From the human T2T-CHM13v2.0 reference genome, Homo sapiens: a stretch of DNA of 64,000 bases. A program made the position numbers and the translations under genes. Positions 1 through 13,930 of this stretch are shown in pieces (position 1 is the stretch's first letter; each line of letters begins with the position of its first letter). A model generated the notes under the pieces. It did not search any database. It saw nothing but the letters and a program-made list of their open reading frames with translations, and had not been told where the DNA came from. The stretch is taken from the NCBI RefSeq assembly GCF_009914755.1, contig NC_060928.1. One strand, written 5' to 3'.

Positions 1-228
1 CGGCTCAAATAGCCTCTAACATTCTGTATCGCTTTTGTTCAAACATTCTGCCAAACATCTTTCCAGAAATACTGTGACAACCAAAAAATTATCCAGCACT
101 ATCAACATGCCCTTTTCATCAAATATTCTAAGTATTTATTTATTCTAACATTTTCATCTAATATTCTAAGTAATATTGAAATATTTTAAGTAAATAAAAC
201 TAGAAATCCTCACAAAAAATAGTTTAAG

Positions 229-534
229 CGATGCATGGTGGCTCACACCTGTAAACTCAGCAATTTTGGAGGCTGAGGTGAGCAGACTGCTTGAGCCCAG
301 GAGTTCGAGACCAGCCTGGGCAATATGGTGAAACCCTGTCTATACAAAAAATACAAAAATTAGTGAAATATGGTGCTGCATGCCTGCAATTCTAACTACT
401 CAGGAGGCTGAGGTAGTAGGCTCACTTGAGCTTGGGAGGTGGAGGTTGTAGTGAGCCGAGATTGTGCTGCTGCATTCCAGCCTCAATGACTGAGTGACAC
501 ATTGTCTCTAAAAGAATAAATAAACAAAAATAAA
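229..534 (+). mobile_element. Alu, old (AluJ-like), full length
   Basis: Dimeric Alu with GCTTGAGCCCAGGAGTTCGAGACCAGCCTGGGCAA (J-type), A-rich linker and decayed A tail. Confidence 0.9.
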
Positions 535-1220
535 GTTTTAAAAATTATTAAAAATTATGTTGTTATTTAATATGTTTACTGAAATACTAAATACTACAAT
601 ACTAAAGCTTTACATGGATAAGACTGTTCAAATATAAGTTTTGAATTATAAAATTTTATACCCAGCAAAATTAACTTTTTTTGTGAAGACAAATGGAAGA
701 TATGAGATCTAAAGTATTTCAAGTATTCCTACTATTGAATGAAGGCTTCCTAAGCATTTTGAAATCTTTATCAAAGAAATTCTTGGAAATATTAAAACCA
801 ATTGATGATTATGCTTAAATTATATGTAAAATTTAATGTATGAGAATTATTAGAAAATATAATATAATACAACATAATACATTTTAAAATTTCTTAATAA
901 TTTATTGACAAAGACTGAGAATTGAGTAGAGAAAGTGGATAGAGAAAAGAAAAATATTTTCATATTCCCTTGTCTCAAGTGGTTGGTTTTAGGGTGATAT
1001 GGATTAAAAATACAGCATTCTACTGAATTATAAAAATTAATAACCCCATAAAAATGGAAGAAATGGAAAATAGATATGATAATAATATTAGTAATAATAT
1101 AAAGATGACAAAAGCAAAACTACATGTCCTATAGCAATAATCATGAATGGGCTATACATCCTAAATTTAAAAGAGTTACAAGCAATTTTAAATACTATAG
1201 GGTTGTAATAAAACATTAAA

Positions 1221-1517
<297 letters not shown>

Positions 1518-2098
1518 TTATAAAAGAATAACTAAGTATACATCATTAATACATAAAGGAAGTAGGTTTATCATATTAATATAAAAGTGTGAGGTGCTAT
1601 GATACAAAATAATAGTAAATATTTAAAGCTTTTTTTAGTAATAATGTATTGCAAAACACAAGTGTCATGAAATCACTTTGCAGTTATGCATGCTTTTTTG
1701 AAGAACCTAAATAACAACTTCACAGATTGGCCAGCATCAAAGCATATAACCAGTATGTCATCTTGGAGTTTGATTTGTTGCCTCAATGACATCAGAAATA
1801 ACTTTGTAGTTTTGATAAGTTTTTTTTTCTATTTCTGACATTTATTGCATCAACAAAGCACCCAAATTTAAGACCCAGAACACTAAGTGAGTTTTGTTGT
1901 TGTTGTTGTTATTTTTTTTTTCCTCTCTGTAAAATTCAGCTACTCCTGGGACATGATATAAATACTCTCATTGGAAGGTACACGTCCCAATTTTTGCAGG
2001 TATTGAAAGTATCAGTTGACCAATGAGAACTCAGGCAAGCCAAAAGGCAAAAAAAAAACCCAATTTTTAAAAAAATTTTGAAATTTCTTTTAAATATC

Positions 2099-2392
2099 TT
2101 TTTTTATTAGAGACACAGTCTCACTCTGTCACCCAGGCCACAGTGCAGTGGTGTGATCATAACTCACTACAGCCTCAAACTCCTGAGCTCACGCAATTCT
2201 CCCAACTCAGCCTCTGTAGTTGATGGAACTATGGGTGGGCACCACCACACCTGGCTAATTTATTAACATTTTTGTAGAGACAGGGCCTCAATTTTTTGCC
2301 CCGGCTGGTCTCAAATTCCTGGCTTCAAGTGATCCTCCCACCTCGACCTCCGAAAGTGCTGGAATTACAGGTGTGAGCCACTGTGCCTGGGC
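2099..2392 (-). mobile_element. Alu, old (AluJ-like)
   Basis: Reverse-complement Alu dimer, heavily CpG-decayed, J-type CAAGTGATCCTCCCACCTC. Confidence 0.88.
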
Positions 2393-2471
2393 AGAAAGAT
2401 TCTTGATTTACATTGAAGGGGCCTGATTAAAATATTATCAATATTCCAACTATTCAATTAGAATGGCTGTG

Positions 2472-2708
<237 letters not shown>

Positions 2709-3154
2709 TAGACTATGATAACCACATGCCTGTGTATACAGTGCTTGTACGTGTGTGATTTTGAACACGAATATATTGAACAACAGAATTCAATTCTAAC
2801 AGCACCTTTTTTCTTAATCTTTTTTGTTATATACTTTCTTTACCTGACACAGGCAAAAATCTATTTTAAAGTGAAAAATTAGGTAAGTTTATAATGATGA
2901 AGTATACAGTGAATAATGAAGGTATAACTGTCACAAATCTCTGTATTCTAAGTAACAGTTTTGGAAAATATATGATATCCAACATGTGAACAAATTATAG
3001 AAAACATAATAAGCTAAATAGGAACAATTATTTTCTGACTACATCCAAATAAATAGGCAAAGTAAACACACAGAGGCATGCCACTGAACCTGATTGAATT
3101 TATGGTTATTTATTTATGGGTAATTAAAGTTAATTTTAGAGTTGTAGATTTAGC

Positions 3155-3320
3155 TAGGGTTGGGAACAAATCCCAGTTCTATGACCTGCTCATGGCGAGA
3201 CATTGATCGCGTGACTTTGTCTTTCTGAGCCTCAGTTTTCTTATTTATAAAATGGAGATCATATTTATCTTCAAGAATTGCTCTGAGCATGAATTGCATA
3301 TATAAAAATCATGACACTTT
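3155..3320 (+). mobile_element. MIR SINE
   Basis: MIR core TCTGAGCCTCAGTTTTCTTATTTATAAAATGGAGAT. Confidence 0.75.
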
Positions 3321-3346
3321 ATAAAGTGACATAATATTATAGTATG

Positions 3347-3700
3347 TGCAATAGACCGAATGTCTGCATTCCCTCAAAATTTGTATGTTCAAATCCTAAT
3401 ACTCTAGGTGTTGGTTTTGGGTTGTAGAGCCTTTGGAAGGTGATTAGGTTATGAGGGTGGAGTGCTCATGAATGAAATTCATCCCCTTATAATAGAGATT
3501 CAAGAGAGATCTCCTGACCTTTCTGTCATGTGAGGCTGCAATGAGAAGATGGCCATCTATGAGGAAGTGATTGCTCACCAAACACCAAATCTGCTGACAC
3601 CTTGATCTTGGACTTCCCAGTCACCAGACTATGAGAAATAGATTTTTGTAATTTATAAGCTACCCAATTTATGGTGTAGCAGTCTGAATGGACTAAGACA
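3347..3700 (+). mobile_element. MLT1A-type MaLR solo LTR
   Basis: TG...CA ends, GGTGATTAGGTTATGAGGGTGGAG and ACCTTGATCTTGGACTTCCCAG motifs, 5-bp TSD GTATG/GTGTG. Confidence 0.88.
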
Positions 3701-4164
3701 GTGTGATATCTATGTGTGCCTATTTTAAAGTGTGCTTAGATACCTTGGTAAATAGTAAAATACAAATTTATTAAAAATTATGAATAAAAACATGTAATTT
3801 TTATTTAGTATATGCAAAATAATTCAAACAAATTGAACACATTCAAAAATTTATTGTTCAGTGCCTAGTAAACATGTATTAGGCATCAAATTTGAACTAC
3901 TCTTACATTTCACATGGCTGAAAAGCCACGAATCATCTTTGCATCACCATTTAGCCGAGTTCATCCACAGGGAGGGCTGGCTGAGAGTTTCATGTTCCTC
4001 TTTGATTGGTGAAAGGTGAAACCCTTTTGTTCACCCAGTAAACCCTGTTGGAGGCAGATAAGGGAAAATAAAATTTCAGCTGTCATTTCCAGGCTCCCAT
4101 AGAAGACAAAGTTGACTCTGCAAGTTGTTTTCAATTCAGTGATAAGGCTATAAGTCTTTGAGTC

Positions 4165-4167
<3 letters not shown>

Positions 4168-4201
<34 letters not shown>
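4168..4201. repeat. (TG)n microsatellite
   Basis: Directly visible. Confidence 0.97.
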
Positions 4202-4204
<3 letters not shown>

Positions 4205-4395
4205 GAACATAGTGATGGGTTATAAATTGCCACACACTGAAGGGTTTTCCCGCAGCTTTAGAAAGTCTTTATGAGTACCATTTTGCAGGAAAATGAGGTT
4301 TCCCTCTCACATACATAGTGCAGGCTAGAAGTTATTAATTTTATGGATATATTCAAAGGAACTGGGGAGGGCTTTTTCTTGAAATACCAGCTTAC

Positions 4396-4476
4396 CTTGG
4401 AATAGTAGTTCCCCCGGACCCCCAGAATATCATATCATTGACATCTTTATGAGGATGAGTCAAGAACTTCACAGTC
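4396..4476 (-). other. Candidate 81-nt internal exon (probably of a non-coding or unannotated transcript)
   Basis: Minus strand: acceptor CCTTCATTTCCTCAG| and donor AAG|GTAAGC, in apparently unique sequence; no transcript evidence available. Confidence 0.35.
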
Positions 4477-4794
4477 CTGAGGAAATGAAGGTATGAGCCA
4501 TGACTGCCATCTCCAGCATCAACAGGATGTCTTACAAAAATGCTGGGATAAATTGGCATATGCTGCTTGACACAGGGCTCTATTTGTAGCTTGGGTTGTA
4601 TATCGAGCACTTGTAAGATTGTAGAAATTATTGTGATTGTTCCTTTATGACTGCGGTTTTGACTACATATTCATGTATAATCCAGTTGTCAAAGAATATT
4701 TTTTAAAGCAGCTTTATTGAAATGTAGTTCACAGGACACATAATTTACACATTTAAGATACAGAATTTAATGGTTTTTAGTATATTCACAGATA

Positions 4795-5157
4795 CAGACA
4801 TTTCCCAACTTTCAATGAACTTACAACTTTTCAACTTCACTATGGTGTGAAAGCGATATGTATTCAGTGGAAACCATACTTTACATAGCCATACAACCGT
4901 TCTTTGTTTTATTCTCACTACAGCACTCAATAAATTATATGAAATATTCAACACTTCATTATAAAATAGGATTTGTGTTAGATAACTTTGCCCAACTTTA
5001 GGCTAATGTAAGTTTTCTGAGCACATTTAAAGTAGGAGAGGCTAAGTTATAATATTCTGGTAGTTTAGGCATACTAAATGCATTTTTGACATGCAGTATT
5101 TTAAACATATGATGAGTTTATTAAAGCATAACCTCATTGCAAGTTGAAGAGTATGTA
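4795..5157 (-). mobile_element. Tigger-family MITE (MER47A-like) inserted in the L1
   Basis: Matches remembered MER47A (TTTGCCCAACT..AGGCTAATGTAAG..TCTGAGCAC, AAATGCATTTT); TA at the left flank. Confidence 0.78.
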
Positions 5158-7473
5158 TATTTGCAAGCAATTTTAGAACATTTTTATCACTACAAAAAGA
5201 AACTTGGTACACATTAGCTATCACCACTCTGTGATCCTTCTCTTCCCTTCAACCCTAGGCAACCACTCACCTACTTTTTGTTTCTATGGGCTTCCTTGTT
5301 TTGGACATTTTATATTAATGGAATTATCTGTGTAGTCACATGTGACTGACTTCTTTCACTTAGCATGATGTTTTCAGGGTTCACCCTGTTACAGTATACA
5401 TCCAACACTTCATTCCCATTACATGGTTCAGGCTGGTCTGCAACTCTTGGCCTCAAGTGATTCTTGGACCTTATCCTCCCTCATTTCATTTTATAATTGG
5501 ATAATGTTACTTTATATGTATATACCACATTTTGTTTATTCATTCATCAGTTGATGGGCATTTGAATTGTTTACACCTTTTAACTATTATGAATAATGTT
5601 GCTGCAAATGTTTTTGTGCAAGTTTCTTTGTAAGTGTAGTTTTCATTTCTCCAAGTGTATATACCTAGGAGTGGGATTGCTGGGCCATATGGAAAATCTT
5701 TATGTAATCACATAAGGAACCGTCAGATTAGTTTTCAAAGAGGCTATACCATTTTACGTTTCCACCAGCACTATATGAGGGTTCTGATTTCTCCACTTCC
5801 TTCACAGCATTTATTATCTGATTTTTTAATTCTAGCTTTCGTAGTGGGTATAAGGTGGTATTTCATTATAGTTTTGACTTAATTTACCTGATAACGAATT
5901 AAATTTAGTATCTTTTCATTTGCCTGTTGGATATTTGTAATCTTACTGAAAGAAATGTTAGTTAACATCATCTACCCATTTAAAAAAATTGAGTTATTTG
6001 TATCTATGTTATTGAGTTGTAAGTTGTCTTTATATGTTCTGGAAACAAGCCTTTTATCAGATATGTAACTTGTAGATATTTTATCCCATTACATAGGTTG
6101 TCTTTTCACTTTCTTGATGGTGTCCTTTGAAACATAAAAGTTTTTAATATTGATGAAGTCTAGTTTATCTCTTTGTTGTTGTTGTTGCTAATGCTTGTTG
6201 TGTTGTATCTAATAATCACTTACCAAGTATAAGGTCAAAAAATTGACCCTTATAGTTTCTTCTAAGCATTGTGTAGTTTTCACTCCTACATTTAAATTTA
6301 TTTTGAGTTAATTTTTTATATAGTGTGAGATAAGGGTTTACCTTTATTCTTTTGCATGTGATGATCCAGATGTCCCAGGACAGTTTGTTAAAATTATCAT
6401 TCTTTCACCATTACACAGTTTTGGTAAAGTTCTAGAAAATCAATAACTGTAGATCTATGGGTTTATTTTTGGACTCTTAATTTTATCTCATGGCTTATAC
6501 ATTTATCATTTTGCTAATATCACACTATCTTGATTATTGTTGCTTTGTAGTGAGTTTCAAAATTGGGAAATATGAGTCCGCCTACTTTACTTTTCTTTTT
6601 CAAGATGTTTTTGGCTATTCTGGGTTCCATTTAATATTTAATTTTATATAAATTTTAGATTAATCTTACCAACTCTACAAGTAGTCTGAAAATCTGATAT
6701 GGACTGCATAGAATCTGTAGGGAAATTTGGTAACTATTTCCATCTTAACAATGTTAAATCTTATAGAACATGAAGATGTAATTTTTAAAAATTCTTTATT
6801 TAATTTATTTCAACATTGTTTTGTAGTTTTCAGAGTACATTTTACAGTAATTTTATTAAATTTATTCAAGTATTTTATTATTTTTGGTGCAACTGTAAAT
6901 GAAATTGTTTTTTAATTTCATTTTTAAATTGCTTTTGAAAGTATATATAAATGCAATTAATTTTACATATTTATCGTGTGTCCTGCAAACTTGCTGAATT
7001 TGTTTATTAGTTCCAATAATTTTACTCAGTTCTTTAGATTTTTCTATATGTAGGATCATGTCATCTGGGAATAGAGATAGTCTTTCTAGTTTCTTTCCAA
7101 TATCAATGCTTTTAGTTTATTTTTCTGGCTTAATTGCTCTCAGTAGTACTTCTAGTTCAACACTGAATAGAAATGGTGAGAACAGATATCCCTCTTTTAA
7201 TCCTTATCTTAGGGAAAAAGCATACAGTTCCTCACCATTATTTGTAAATTAGCTGTGTGTTTTTCATAAATGCCCTTTATCAACTAGAGAAAGATTCCTT
7301 CTATTCCTGGTTTTTGGAGTGTTTTTTATCAAAACATTAAATTTTGATAAAAATTGTTGTTGAATTTTTTCAAATTTTTTGCAGCTATTGAAATAATCAT
7401 TTGTTTTTTATTTTATTGTTATGATATATGACATTAACATATTTTCAGATTTTAATCAACCTTGCATTTCTGA

Positions 7474-8136
<663 letters not shown>

Positions 8137-8353
8137 AGAATAAATTATTTTTGTATTGCTGGATTTGTCTGGCTGATACTTCATTGAGGACTTTTGCATC
8201 CATGTTCACAATAGATATTGATCTATTATTTCTTGTGATTTTAACAGTAGGTTCCCATTTAAATGTCTAAGTGAAAAACAAAAAATGTTTTCTCATTTAG
8301 TTCTACTCTTAAAATTGTCACTTATTGCTTCTTTAAAAAGTAGTTTAATAAAT

Positions 8354-8356
<3 letters not shown>

Positions 8357-8384
<28 letters not shown>
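8357..8384 (+). repeat. Poly(A) tract (A28)
   Basis: Directly visible. Confidence 0.95.
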
Positions 8385-8899
8385 CAGGGTAAATACTGAA
8401 AGTGTTAATTTGCTTTATGGAGAAAGGATATTGTATATGTAAGAGGTGTGGGCATTACTACTAGTTTTGTTTATTAATACATGTTTTAACTTTCATTATT
8501 CCCCCAGTTTCTCTCCCATATTTTAAATTCATACAATTATATTCTGAAATAATTCAGATAAAGATAATTCACATTAGATTTTGCCCCAGAATGAAATCAC
8601 TTCTTCAACTTCCTTGACATTTGCATAGCATTCCAACATAAAAAATAAATATTAACAAATAAATATTAAAACTTCTCTATTATTTTATATGGAATTCCAT
8701 AGAAAATATTAAGCAACATATAGGTATTATTAAAAATAAATTAGAAACAAAATTTCTGAAGTATTGTTAGAAAAAATTGTTGAATCAGATATTGGCTTTG
8801 CTTAATTTTTAAATTCATTGGTATACTTCTATTATTCTCATACTTTCATAATTTCTATTCAGTCCAAGGAATGGCAGAAAACAACTGAAATAATAATGA

Positions 8900-10265
8900 G
8901 GAAAACATCTCAACTGTATGACAATGAATAGATGTTGTGCAAGACATTTTATAATTCAGGTAAAGTAGTGCTCATAAAGAAACTTAAAGCATTAAGTGCA
9001 CATATTAGAAAAAGAAACAATGGCTGATACCAAATGACCTAAACATCTGGGGAAAAGTACAAAATAAACCTAAAGAAATAGAAGAGAGCAAATAATAATG
9101 ATGAAATAAAACTTAGGTACATAGAAAGAAATATACCATCAAAATATCACCAAAGGTAATGCTGTGTCATTTAAAAGATTACATTTATAAAAGAAGCAGG
9201 ATTCATACAGCAGGATTAACCAAGAAAGAAATGAAAGAGAGAAAACACAAGCTTCCAATATCGAGGTTAAAAAAAGGGAATATTACTTTAAGTTCCGCAG
9301 ACATTTCAAAAATATAAAAGCAACTTTAGGAAAATAAGCTTAAGATTAAATGGTGTGAGTTGTTTAAAAAACACAATTTAAAAAACTATCTTTATGTATT
9401 GGTAGGCACGATAATCCAAATAAAGAAGATGTAGACATGTAGACAAATTATGCATTATGCTGAGTATCTAAGTTTGTTAGCACAGAGGACACCACGTTGC
9501 TTTATAGTGAACATTCTGCCATGTTACGTATTATTTCTTAGAAGGACCTGGCATAGTTGCTGATGCAAACAACACTACATCATGTTCTACACAAAGGTTG
9601 GTGAAGCAGTTCCCACAATCCACACCCGTCCTCCTCCAACATTTGGCATAAACCCAATCAGGAGAGTCTTTGCTCCAAAAAACACAATCTTCAACTGGAA
9701 AATAATAGAAAGTATAAAGAATGTGTTCTATTTTAAAAAAATATTTATTTATTTTAAACTTATTTATTTTATTTATTTTAAATTTATTTATTATTAATAA
9801 AATAAATCAATATATATTCTTATATTAAATAAAGAATTTCTATTCCCAGATTGCTTATTCAGTTAATTATTTAATATTTAGGGAAGACGTTATACCAATC
9901 TTATAAAAACTTTCCCAGAGAATAGAAAAAGAGGAAACACTGAAAATCTTATAATAAGCAAATGTAATTTAGCTCTTAAAATCTGACGGGATACCACATG
10001 GACATAAATGTTCAGGCTAGAGTATCTTGTGAAAAAGATGCAAAAATACTAAATAATAGCAATCCACATCCAGTGATGTATTACAATAACATGACCTAGG
10101 TATAAAAGGAGGGTTTGCTATCATTGATTTAATTCATTACATTACATTAAAAAAGGAGAAAAAATATAGTATGAATCTTTCAATAGAGTCAGGAAAAGCA
10201 AACAATGCAATTGAGTACTTACCTTGAAAAATTCCTTAGCAAACAATAATGTAAGAAAACTGAAA
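8900..10265 (+). mobile_element. Very old L1 ORF2 fragments (L1M/L1ME-like), split by a non-L1 insert at ~9391-9830
   Basis: A-rich ORF2-like text (TAAAGCATTAAGTGCACATATTAGAAAAAGA; ATACCAATCTTATAAAAACTTTCCCAGAGAATAGAAAAAGAGGAAACAC; GATGCAAAAATACTAAAT). Confidence 0.7.
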
Positions 10266-10286
10266 AAAAAACCGAAGAAAGATTAC

Positions 10287-10579
10287 TGTGGCTGAGATAT
10301 TCCCTAGTTATCACATAGCCATGTGCTTGGTCTCACGTATTCCCCAGCCTCCTGTGGTTTGGTTGAGTGAGCGATTCGATGACTTCTGGCCAGAAGCCTG
10401 TGAGCAAAGCATTTATCAGCTGGAACATGATCCTTCAGTTGTCTTTCTTTCACAGAAGCAAACACAGAAGTTTTGCAGTAAGATGCAAAAACCACAAGAT
10501 GGGAAAGGACCACAGTGAACTTTGGTATTCAGCCTGTTAGATTTTCATAAATGTTTATTACTGTAGAATAGAATAACAT
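10287..10579 (+). mobile_element. Decayed MaLR LTR (MLT1J/I-like)
   Basis: TATTCCCCAGCCTCC..GACTTCTGGCCA..TGTGAGCAAA pattern and an LTR-like 3' end. Confidence 0.5.
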
Positions 10580-11489
10580 AAAATTACTTGCGTTTCTTCA
10601 GTCATTCTAATTTTAATAAGTGTTAAATTTTGTTTGCTTAAGTTAAAATGTTACATATTTGTACAAAACTTGAATCATTAGTTAGCATACATGAAGTAAA
10701 ATGACATAATTATTAAAAATATATGCTAAAAAAAAGGAAGCAACAACCAGGCATTCGCCTCTAAATGACATTTCTCTGCATCAGCTATAGAATCATTTGT
10801 CACAAAGTGATCTTTGAGGATCCATGGAGAGAGCACAGAACAGCCTGTGAGTCCTGACCCCTTGCTATGTACGACGCAATTAAAACATTGCTAGCATGAT
10901 ACAATTGACACTTGCTTTCCAGTCATAATATTCAGGAAAACTTCTCCATCTATAGTAAATTCTCAAAACCAATACAGAAAATATTTAGAAAATATATAAT
11001 GCAATTTAATGTAAAATTTTGTAAAAAAGCAAAAAAATTACCCTGTTGCTAAAAATAGAAAAGCCAGAGTGATGAGAAATGTAAGAAAAAAAGATGAAGT
11101 GAATAATGAATAAATTAACAGCAGAAGGGAATAAACTAAGAAGTAGGTAAAATAAAAGAAAAAGCAACCCTCAAACATGTTCTAATATGTTGTTGTTATT
11201 AAGAAAACAAGGTTCAAAAATTCCATATTTATTGATGTAAGAGATAGTTTTGAAAAATGTAAACTTCTGAATGCAAATGATTTGTGATTAGATGAAGAAA
11301 CATTACACACATACACTTTTAAAAAGAAAAAAAACTATTAATATCAGTAACAAGAAAGATTAACAAATGCTTGTGATTTGTCATGTATCATGGTTAATTT
11401 TTCTGTGTCATTAATTCATAAAATAGACCCGGTAACCCAATTAGATGTATACTGTTACGGCATTTATTGACAAATAAATAGTTTCCGGG

Positions 11490-11600
11490 ACTCGCTAAGA
11501 ATTATTAAACTCACATATAGTAAATGAGAACTCCGGGGTTGAATTTTAGTCTTGTCTGACTCCAAGACCTTCACTCTTAAATGCCACACTAAAATGCCTC
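11490..11600 (-). mobile_element. MIR fragment
   Basis: TGTCTGACTCCAAGACCTTCACTCTTAA..CCACACTA, reverse MIR 5' end. Confidence 0.65.
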
Positions 11601-12544
11601 CAATTATAAAGCAACATACTCATCAATATGACTTTTTAAAGGAAGATTTCAGACTTTAGGAAGCAGATACGGAGAGATATAAATCTATTGTCTGAATCTT
11701 TTGCAATAATGAGTCCTTATGCTCTAATTGTAAATGATCCTGATGAGAAAATAAGTTATTCAAAAGGGAGATGTACAGTACATACCCTTGACCAACTCAG
11801 CATTTTAGGTCCCTTGAGAAGAGCAAGAAAGGCAAAAATATCAGAGCACAATAAAAGATAAACAGAACATAGCATGCCTATATTAATAATACTGTGAAAG
11901 AAGGACAGAGACCCAAAGAAAGTCAGAGATTTTAAATATGTCAAAAATAATTTTTTAAATATCCATGAAAACTCTGCTTGGGATATAACTTACACTATGC
12001 AGAGAAATGAGCAACCAACACTTACTTTGCTTTCCATCTTTAATAAAACTGATTTGTGAAGAAGAAAGATTGGAACAAACATGCGTAGGATACAGATGAA
12101 GACTAAAATAAGCAAAGAGATCAGGAGAAAACAGCCAGATACTCTAAATGAGTTTAAATTCCCTCATTAAATGAGTATCACAGGATAATCAGTGACTTGT
12201 AAATGCCATTAATGAGCTCTACCAGGTAATGTTGATGAATACTGTAGAACAGACCTAGCTCCAGAATATTATACATAAGCAAATATAGCTTGTCTTTCTA
12301 GAAAAATAGAAGTTAAAGTAAAATATAGATTTGGATGCTTGCCACATATGCTGGGTAAGAATCTAAGATGTCATGATTTCAAATATATTATAAAATGTAT
12401 ATGTTTATAGGCCATCATTGAAGTTTTTTTTATATGTTAACTAGCTAACTTAACTGCACAGGAAGGTATTCAGTTAACTTGAATAATTCCCTCTTAATTT
12501 ATTTTTCTCTTGTCATGTTACCCACTAACTGTCACACCTAAGTT

Positions 12545-13075
12545 TTTAGGAACCAATTATCCTTTATAAACACATTACCATACACAATCAATCTCTTTCA
12601 GAACCTATAATCCAAACACTTGATTTGGTGAAACCTAGCTCTTCCCAAGAATTTTGCTACCTCTGCAGCCTTCTTAAATGAAACCTTCACACATTCTATC
12701 ATGTCCCATATACCACCAACAGTTGCTTTTCCCTAAATCTCCATTGCCAGGATCAAAAGATTAGTCATCAGTTTACATAGTCTATTAACTAAAAACTCAC
12801 CACACACTTGTGAATCTGATACCTTTTTCACTCCATCCCAATTTCAGCTTTGAAACCGAGGGATTTCAACATTCACATCACTGCCCCTTAGCCTTATGAT
12901 TTCCTGACCTGATAAATTCTAGTAGCTTTGGTATCACTTTCATTTCAGCCATGTACACCACTGGCCACACCACACACACTGTCAAAATCCAGCACTGAAA
13001 ATATCTAATACACATACACCAAATATAATACACCATTTTCTCACTATAACATCCTGTCCTTCTACGTATCTTATG
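12545..13075 (+). mobile_element. L2 LINE fragment (endonuclease region)
   Basis: GAT TTC AAC ATT CAC = DFNIH (GDFNIH motif) at ~12862 and GGC CAC ACC = GHT at ~12963, typical of the L2/CR1 APE domain. Confidence 0.65.
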
Positions 13076-13092
13076 TCCTTACTGACATGATT

Positions 13093-13160
13093 TATTCTTC
13101 CTAATCTCATGCTAATTTACTCATAATTTACTCATAAATTAGCATAAGATTAGGAAAATA
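13093..13160. repeat. Near-perfect inverted repeat (hairpin) with internal 11-bp tandem duplication
   Basis: TATTCTTCCTAATCTCATGCTAATTTA pairs with TAAATTAGCATAAGATTAGGAAAATA; TAATTTACTCA occurs twice in tandem. Confidence 0.9.
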
Positions 13161-13596
13161 TGGATCTTATATTTTCTTTTTTATTCACTATGTTCTGAGG
13201 TGCATCATTTTAATGACGCTCTTGCATGGATGGAGTTAAAATGAGAATTTAATGTATTTGGTAATATGCCTATATATTGAGGGTGCCTGATTAATGCCTG
13301 GCCAGTATTTTCCTTCTTGAAGGGTTCTACAAGTGGAAAATAAATAATATATTTTAATAATTATATGAATGCTAAGTTCACCAACTGAGATAGTGGTAAT
13401 AAAGCCGTGAAGAGAAATCCATTTAATACTTAAGACATAAATGACACTTCCTTCTTTCCCCACATAGAAATGCTAGCATCTTACCACTTTCTACTCTATT
13501 CAAGAATCTAATACAGTAACCAGGAATTTTCAAGCATGATTAAGCAAAGAGGGGGAGAGAAATAGGATTTAACTTGTTTTAAGAAGTCAGATACTA

Positions 13597-13930
13597 GGCC
13601 AGGCACAGTGGCTCATGCCTATAGTCCCAGGACTGGGAGGCTGAGAAGTGTATATCACCTGAGGTCAGGAGTTTGAGACCAGCCTGGCTAACATGGTGAG
13701 ACCCCATCTCTAAGAAAAATACAAAAAATTAGCTAGGCGTGGTGGTGCATGCCTGTAATCCCAGCTACTCCTGAGCCTGAGGCAGGAGAATCGCTTGAAC
13801 TCGGGAGGTAGATGTTGCAGTCAGCCTAGATCACACCACTGCACTCCTGCCTGGGTGACAGTGCAAGACTCCATCTGAAAAAACAAAACAAAAAACCAAC
13901 AGGAAAAAAAGAAAACTAACAAACGAAAAC
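13597..13930 (+). mobile_element. AluS (Sx-like)
   Basis: Full dimer, TSD AAGTCAGATACTA (13584-13596 / 13931-13943). Confidence 0.92.

Noticed and set aside
8241-8384. AATAAA followed by A28 as the end of a processed pseudogene
   Set aside because: The signal is only 4 nt from the A tract, there is no convincing TSD and no recognisable coding sequence upstream
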